Positions 59,354-64,000 of a stretch of DNA of 64,000 nucleotides are shown in pieces. Under the pieces are notes generated by a model. It was not told the DNA's origin. It was given only the letters and a program-made list of their open reading frames with translations, and made no database searches. The number at the start of each line of letters is the position of its first letter. Position 1 is the first letter of the stretch. This DNA comes from Syntrophales bacterium. GTDB lineage: Bacteria; Desulfobacterota; Syntrophia; Syntrophales; PHBD01. A program made the translations under genes and the position numbers. The DNA lies in assembly GCA_963668175.1 (NCBI GenBank), contig OY764159.1, positions 3,264,001 through 3,328,000 on the forward strand. The letters are read 5' to 3'.

Positions 59354-59386
59354 GGGTGCAGGGCGTCTGCCCTGCGCCCTCATTTT
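59354..59386 (+). terminator. Strong hairpin between flavoprotein and cytochrome genes
   Basis: GGGTGCAGGGC-GTCT-GCCCTGCGCCC followed by TCATTTT. Confidence 0.6.
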
Positions 59387-59407
59387 CAATTTGCAGGATT
59401 GTTTCGT

Positions 59408-59800
59408 ATGAAAAAGATATTCATGGGCGTATTCGCCTCCATGGCGTTGTTCGCTTTCGTCGTGGCGGCAGGCCCCGGAAATGTAGGCGCAGCCGGACAG
59501 GATACGTCCAAGGCCAGATGCCTCATGTGCCACGGTCCCTATGAAAAACTGGCGGCCAAGCCCCCTTTCTTCAAGGGATTCGATCCCAAGCAGTCGAAGA
59601 TTACCGCCGTGAATCCCCACCAGTACTGGCCCCATGAAGATAAAACGGAGAAGGGCATCCAGGACTGCGTCTTCTGCCACAAACCCCATAAAGAGAATAT
59701 GAAACCCGGGGACAAGACGGAGAAGGCCAACGTGGAGAAGTGCTTCGGCTGTCATCACGACAAGACCTTCGATCGCTGCAAGACCTGTCACGAAAGTTAA
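59408..59800 (+). CDS. Tetraheme cytochrome c
   Basis: Signal peptide; CLMCH, NPH..PH, CVFCH, CFGCHH, CKTCH. Confidence 0.92.
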   Translation: MKKIFMGVFASMALFAFVVAAGPGNVGAAGQDTSKARCLMCHGPYEKLAAKPPFFKGFDPKQSKITAVNPHQYWPHEDKTEKGIQDCVFCHKPHKENMKPGDKTEKANVEKCFGCHHDKTFDRCKTCHES

Positions 59801-59971
59801 ATACGGTCTTCCGCGCATTTGACGGTAATATCCGGAACAATTTCACCGGGTGTTAAAGAATCTTTCTGCCCTGATGGAAGTTCGTCGCCGACATAACGGC
59901 CCTGCCGGGTTCAGGGAGGGTATGTTCACTTAATCGATGGAAAATCATTTTTGAGGAGGGATCGACGACCC

Positions 59972-61078
59972 ATGCGCTACCGACTTTATCTTCTTGCTTC
60001 GCTTCTGACCTTGTTCTTCATCGCAGCAGACGGAACGGCGGTCATGGCCGCCAGGAAACCGCAGGTCGCCGCTGTCAGGGATGTCCCCGTCACCGTGGCG
60101 TTTCAGCGGGTCGCCGAACCGAGGGAGCATGCCTTTACGATGCTCGTCCCGAAGGGCTGGCTCGTCGAGGGCGGCATTTTCCGGGTCGATCCCAACCGGG
60201 CGGGCGGGACCCTGAATTCCATCGAGGCCAAATGCGACATCGCCGTGAAGAGCGACCCGTCCGGAACCGTCATGCTCCGGCGCTTTCCCAAGATCAATTA
60301 CGCCGACGGGCCCATGATCCCCTTCACGCACGGACCGGGCATGAACTACAACGGCTCCATCGTGACCCGCATGCCGTCGGTGGAGGGTTATCTGACGTGG
60401 CTCTTCCGGCAGGCCCGTCCACAAGCTTCCGACGTCGCCGTCGTCAAGAAGGAGAACCTTCCGCAGCTGGCGGACCTGGTGCGCCGCCTTTCGGACCCGC
60501 TGAACAGGTCGCTGGCGCAGGTCGGCATGCGTCCCCCCGGTTATTATGCCGGCCTCATCCTCGTGGAATACACGGAAGGGGGCCGTCGCTTCAAGGAGCT
60601 GTACTACACGCTGCTCGTCGACGGCCGGTCCTCCATGGGGCTATGGTCCAACGACCTGACGACGTCGATGCGCGCCCCCGCTTCCGAGGCGGACAGATGG
60701 AAGCCGGTGCTGGATATCGTCGCCAACTCCGTGAAACTGAATCCCCAGTGGGTGACGGGCGAGATCAAAGGGCAGGGCCAGCGGGCGGAGATATCCCGCA
60801 AGCTCATGGAAGATATCGCCCGGATAGACAAGGAGATCGCCGCCCATCGGACGCGCACCCAGCAGAACATCCAGACGGATCAGTACCTCACGCTCACGGG
60901 CCAGAACGATTACGTCAATCCCATCACGGGCAGGACCGAGCGGGATACGAGCGATTGGAAGCAGCGCTGGGTCAATCCGAGCGGCGAGTACGTCTATTCC
61001 AACGATACGTCGTACAACCCGAACGCCGATCCCAACAACCCGCGGCACGACTACCAGCTCACGAGGCCCAGGAGATAA
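59972..61078 (+). CDS. Secreted hypothetical protein
   Basis: GAGGAGGG RBS; signal peptide; FTMLVPKGW, C-terminal coiled segment and YVNP/WVNP/YNPN units. Confidence 0.8.
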   Translation: MRYRLYLLASLLTLFFIAADGTAVMAARKPQVAAVRDVPVTVAFQRVAEPREHAFTMLVPKGWLVEGGIFRVDPNRAGGTLNSIEAKCDIAVKSDPSGTVMLRRFPKINYADGPMIPFTHGPGMNYNGSIVTRMPSVEGYLTWLFRQARPQASDVAVVKKENLPQLADLVRRLSDPLNRSLAQVGMRPPGYYAGLILVEYTEGGRRFKELYYTLLVDGRSSMGLWSNDLTTSMRAPASEADRWKPVLDIVANSVKLNPQWVTGEIKGQGQRAEISRKLMEDIARIDKEIAAHRTRTQQNIQTDQYLTLTGQNDYVNPITGRTERDTSDWKQRWVNPSGEYVYSNDTSYNPNADPNNPRHDYQLTRPRR

Positions 61079-61292
61079 CATTCCGCCAGCGGCGAAAGGG
61101 ACGGGTTATCTTTCGCGTCTTGACGGTTTTGTTTGCCTTTTAAGGCATCCTCGCATTATCTCCCCTTCCCCGCCGCAATACCTCTTGAAATAAGCAGTGG
61201 CGGGTCATATAGATTCATAGGAGGCGATGATTGCCCGGACCCCTTTCCGGCAATATCCTTCCCAAACCGCATCGCATATTCGAGAGGCATTC

Positions 61293-63956
61293 ATGCTCAA
61301 AACCAGGTCCCGTTTTATCCTGCCGGCGTTATTGCTGGCGTTATTGCTTTCCGGTCCCGCAACAGCGGCGGCGGACAACGGCGTCCTTCAGGCGACGCTG
61401 GACAACGGCCTCAGGGTCGTGATCATCCGCAGCGACCTGGCGCCGGTGGTGACGGCGCAGGTCAACTATCTCGTCGGATCGAACGACGCGCCCGAAGGGT
61501 TTCCCGGAATGGCCCATGCGCAGGAGCACATGATGTTCCGGGGCAGTCCGGGTCTTTCCGCCGCCCAGTTTGCCAACATCATGGCCCTCGTCGGGGGCGA
61601 ATTCGACGCCTTCACCACCCAGATCGTGACCCAATACGCCTTCACCGTACCCAGGGAGGACTTCGACGTGGCGCTGAACGTCGAAGCGGCAAGGATGGGC
61701 GGCGTCCTCAACGCCCAGGACCTCTGGGAACAGGAACGGGGGGCCGTCGAACAGGAAGTGGCCCAAAACCTCTCCAATCCCGAATACATCCTCTATTCCC
61801 GGATCATCGCCGAGCTGTTTCACGGCACGCCCTATGCCCTCGATGCCCTAGGCACGCGTCCCTCGCTGCAGAAGACGACAGCCGCCATGCTAAAGACGTT
61901 TTACGGCCGGTGGTACGGGCCGAACAACGCCGTCCTCGTCATCGCCGGCGACGTCGACCCGCCAAAGACGCTGGCCGTCGTGAGAGAACTCTTCGGTCCG
62001 ATCCCCCCTCGGCTCTTGCCTCCCCGTGCCGGGATAAAACTCCGGCCAGCCGCGCCCGCCGCCATCGCGTTCGAGACGGACCTGCCCTATGGGATCGCCG
62101 CCGTGGCCTACCGGCTGCCCGGTTCCGACAGCCCCGATTTCGCCGCCGGCCAGATTCTCCTCGATGTCCTGGACAGCCGCCGGGGCAGTCTTTACGCCCT
62201 GGTTTCCAAGGGAAAGGCCCTCCGAACGAGTTTTGAAGGCGGAACGCTCCCGAAGGCATCCTACGGTTACGCCACCGCCGCCTTCCCTCCGGGCGGAGAC
62301 GGCCGAGCCCTTGTTGCCGAGATCAAGGGCATCGTTGCCGATTATATCAAGAACGGCATCCCCGCCGAACTGGTGGAGGCGGCCAAGAGACGCGAAGCGG
62401 CCGATGCCGAATTCCAGAAGAATTCCGTCGCCGATCTGGCGACGGCCTGGTCCCAGGCGCTCGCCGCCGAGGGCCGGACCTCGCCGCAGGACGATTTGAC
62501 GGCCATGGCCGGAGTGACAGTGGAGGACGTCAACCGCGTTCTCAGGGAATACTTTGTCAACGACACGGCGGTCACCGCCGTGCTCACGCCGGGCCAGTCG
62601 GGCAAGCAGGTCCCCGTCAAGGGATTCGGCGGCAAGGAATCCTTCGCCCCAAGGGAAGTCAAGCCGGTGGCGCTTCCGGAATGGGCCCGGCGCGCCGCCG
62701 AATTACCCGCACTGCCAGCCTCCAGCATCAAGCCCTCCGACATGACACTCGACAACGGCATTCGCCTCATCGTCCAGACCGGGAATGTCAGTTCGGCCGT
62801 CAGCCTTTTCGGCCGGATGAAAAGCCACGCCGATCTCGACGAACCGGAAGGGAAGGAAGGCACGGCGGATATTCTGGAGAGTCTCTTCCCGTACGGCACG
62901 ACATCTCTCGACTTGACGGCCTTTCAAAAGGCGCAGGACGACATCGGAGCGACGATTGCCGCGGGGGCGAATTTTTCCCTCAGGGTATTGTCCCCCGATT
63001 TTGAACGCGGTGTCGAGCTTCTGGCCGAAAACCTGCTCAAACCGGCGCTTCCCGAGGCGGCATTCGCCGTCGTGAAAGAGGAAACGGTGGGTGCCCTCAA
63101 GGGTAAATTGCAGAGTCCGGCCCACCTTTCGCAGCGCGCTCTGCGGGAGTCGCTCTATCCGCGGGACGATCCGTCTCTCCGCCAGGCCCTCCCGGAAACC
63201 GTGAGCAAAATAACGCTCGCAGACGTCAAGGCTTATCATGCCAAGGCCTTCCGTCCCGACATGACGACCATCGTCGTCGTCGGCAACGTGACGCGGGAGC
63301 AGGCCAAAGCCGCCGTGGAGAAATATTTCGGCTCCTGGAAGGCGAAAGGGCCGAAACCGGACACGAGCCTGCCGCCGATTCCGCCAAACAAGGCCTCGGC
63401 GGCGAGAATTGCCGACGCAAGCAAGGTCCAGGACCAGGTGACGCTTGCCGAGACCCTGGGTCTGGCACGAATGCATCCCGACTATTACCGGCTTCAGATC
63501 GCCAACCAGGTCCTCTCGGGCGCATTCTATGCATCGCGTCTCTATCAAGATTTGCGGGAAAAAGCAGGGCTGGTCTATTCGGTGGACTCGTTTATCGAAG
63601 CGAAGCACGACCGGTCGTTCTTCGGCATCACCTTTGCCTGCGACCCCGAAAATGTGGCCCGCGCAGGAGCGATGGTGGGAGCCAACATCCGTGCCATGCA
63701 GAAAGAAAATCTTTCGGCTGGCGAATTACATCTGGCCAAGACGCAACTCGTCAAACAGATACCGCTATCCGAATCCGGCACCGACCGCATCGCCGAAGGG
63801 CTGCTCGCCCGCGCCTCGGAAGACCTGCCGCTCGACGAACCCCTCCTCGCCGCTGCATATTACCGGGACGCCACGGCCGACGAGGTCCGGGAAGCCTTCG
63901 CCCGCTGGATTCGCCCGGACGACTTCGTCCAGGTGACTGTCGGCCCGGATCGATGA
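61293..63956 (+). CDS. M16 (pitrilysin-like) zinc peptidase, exported
   Basis: Signal peptide; LDNGLRV, GMAHAQEHMMFRGS (HxxEH), second LDNGIR half, LREKAGLVYSV. Confidence 0.94.
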   Translation: MLKTRSRFILPALLLALLLSGPATAAADNGVLQATLDNGLRVVIIRSDLAPVVTAQVNYLVGSNDAPEGFPGMAHAQEHMMFRGSPGLSAAQFANIMALVGGEFDAFTTQIVTQYAFTVPREDFDVALNVEAARMGGVLNAQDLWEQERGAVEQEVAQNLSNPEYILYSRIIAELFHGTPYALDALGTRPSLQKTTAAMLKTFYGRWYGPNNAVLVIAGDVDPPKTLAVVRELFGPIPPRLLPPRAGIKLRPAAPAAIAFETDLPYGIAAVAYRLPGSDSPDFAAGQILLDVLDSRRGSLYALVSKGKALRTSFEGGTLPKASYGYATAAFPPGGDGRALVAEIKGIVADYIKNGIPAELVEAAKRREAADAEFQKNSVADLATAWSQALAAEGRTSPQDDLTAMAGVTVEDVNRVLREYFVNDTAVTAVLTPGQSGKQVPVKGFGGKESFAPREVKPVALPEWARRAAELPALPASSIKPSDMTLDNGIRLIVQTGNVSSAVSLFGRMKSHADLDEPEGKEGTADILESLFPYGTTSLDLTAFQKAQDDIGATIAAGANFSLRVLSPDFERGVELLAENLLKPALPEAAFAVVKEETVGALKGKLQSPAHLSQRALRESLYPRDDPSLRQALPETVSKITLADVKAYHAKAFRPDMTTIVVVGNVTREQAKAAVEKYFGSWKAKGPKPDTSLPPIPPNKASAARIADASKVQDQVTLAETLGLARMHPDYYRLQIANQVLSGAFYASRLYQDLREKAGLVYSVDSFIEAKHDRSFFGITFACDPENVARAGAMVGANIRAMQKENLSAGELHLAKTQLVKQIPLSESGTDRIAEGLLARASEDLPLDEPLLAAAYYRDATADEVREAFARWIRPDDFVQVTVGPDR

Positions 63957-64000
63957 GTACGGGTTGGAAGAGGCCTCCGGCCGTCGTGACGGTTTAACCG

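Noticed and set aside
1..64000. CRISPR arrays, tRNA/rRNA genes, IS elements, integrases, prophage or defence genes
   Set aside because: No regularly spaced repeats, cloverleaf or rRNA signatures, or transposase/integrase/nuclease motifs were seen by eye

Overview
GC-rich bacterial chromosomal window. The gene content (sigma-54 enhancer-binding protein, HDOD/HD-GYP/REC cluster, DUF134-NifB/NifX cluster, Tat flavocytochromes, selenocysteine formate dehydrogenase) suggests an anaerobic deltaproteobacterium (Desulfobacterota, Syntrophales-like); this taxonomy is an inference. I found no tRNA, rRNA, CRISPR array, transposase or prophage. In order, the window holds: a two-component/c-di-GMP cluster; an orphan membrane-anchored TAXI protein; a GyrI-like/ATC-hydrolase/GNAT/OYE run; a XylR/V4R sigma-54 activator divergent from an unknown secreted triple-repeat protein; MFS and TetR-EmrAB efflux genes; a metal-cluster operon; a nitroreductase; an RND efflux pair with a structured leader and a convergent TolC; an adenylate cyclase; several small secreted unknowns; fdnGHI-fdhE with an in-frame UGA (Sec196) and SECIS; LysE, EamA, Kup, an MCP and a hybrid kinase; a flavocytochrome array; and an M16 peptidase. 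The most promising candidate system (52-60 kb) is a PAS-LuxR regulator plus three fumarate-reductase-superfamily flavoproteins with three different, non-fumarate active-site signatures, one of which has no export signal. Two tetraheme cytochromes accompany them, each separated from its flavoprotein gene by a strong hairpin. All calls come from motif reading by eye; no database search was run.
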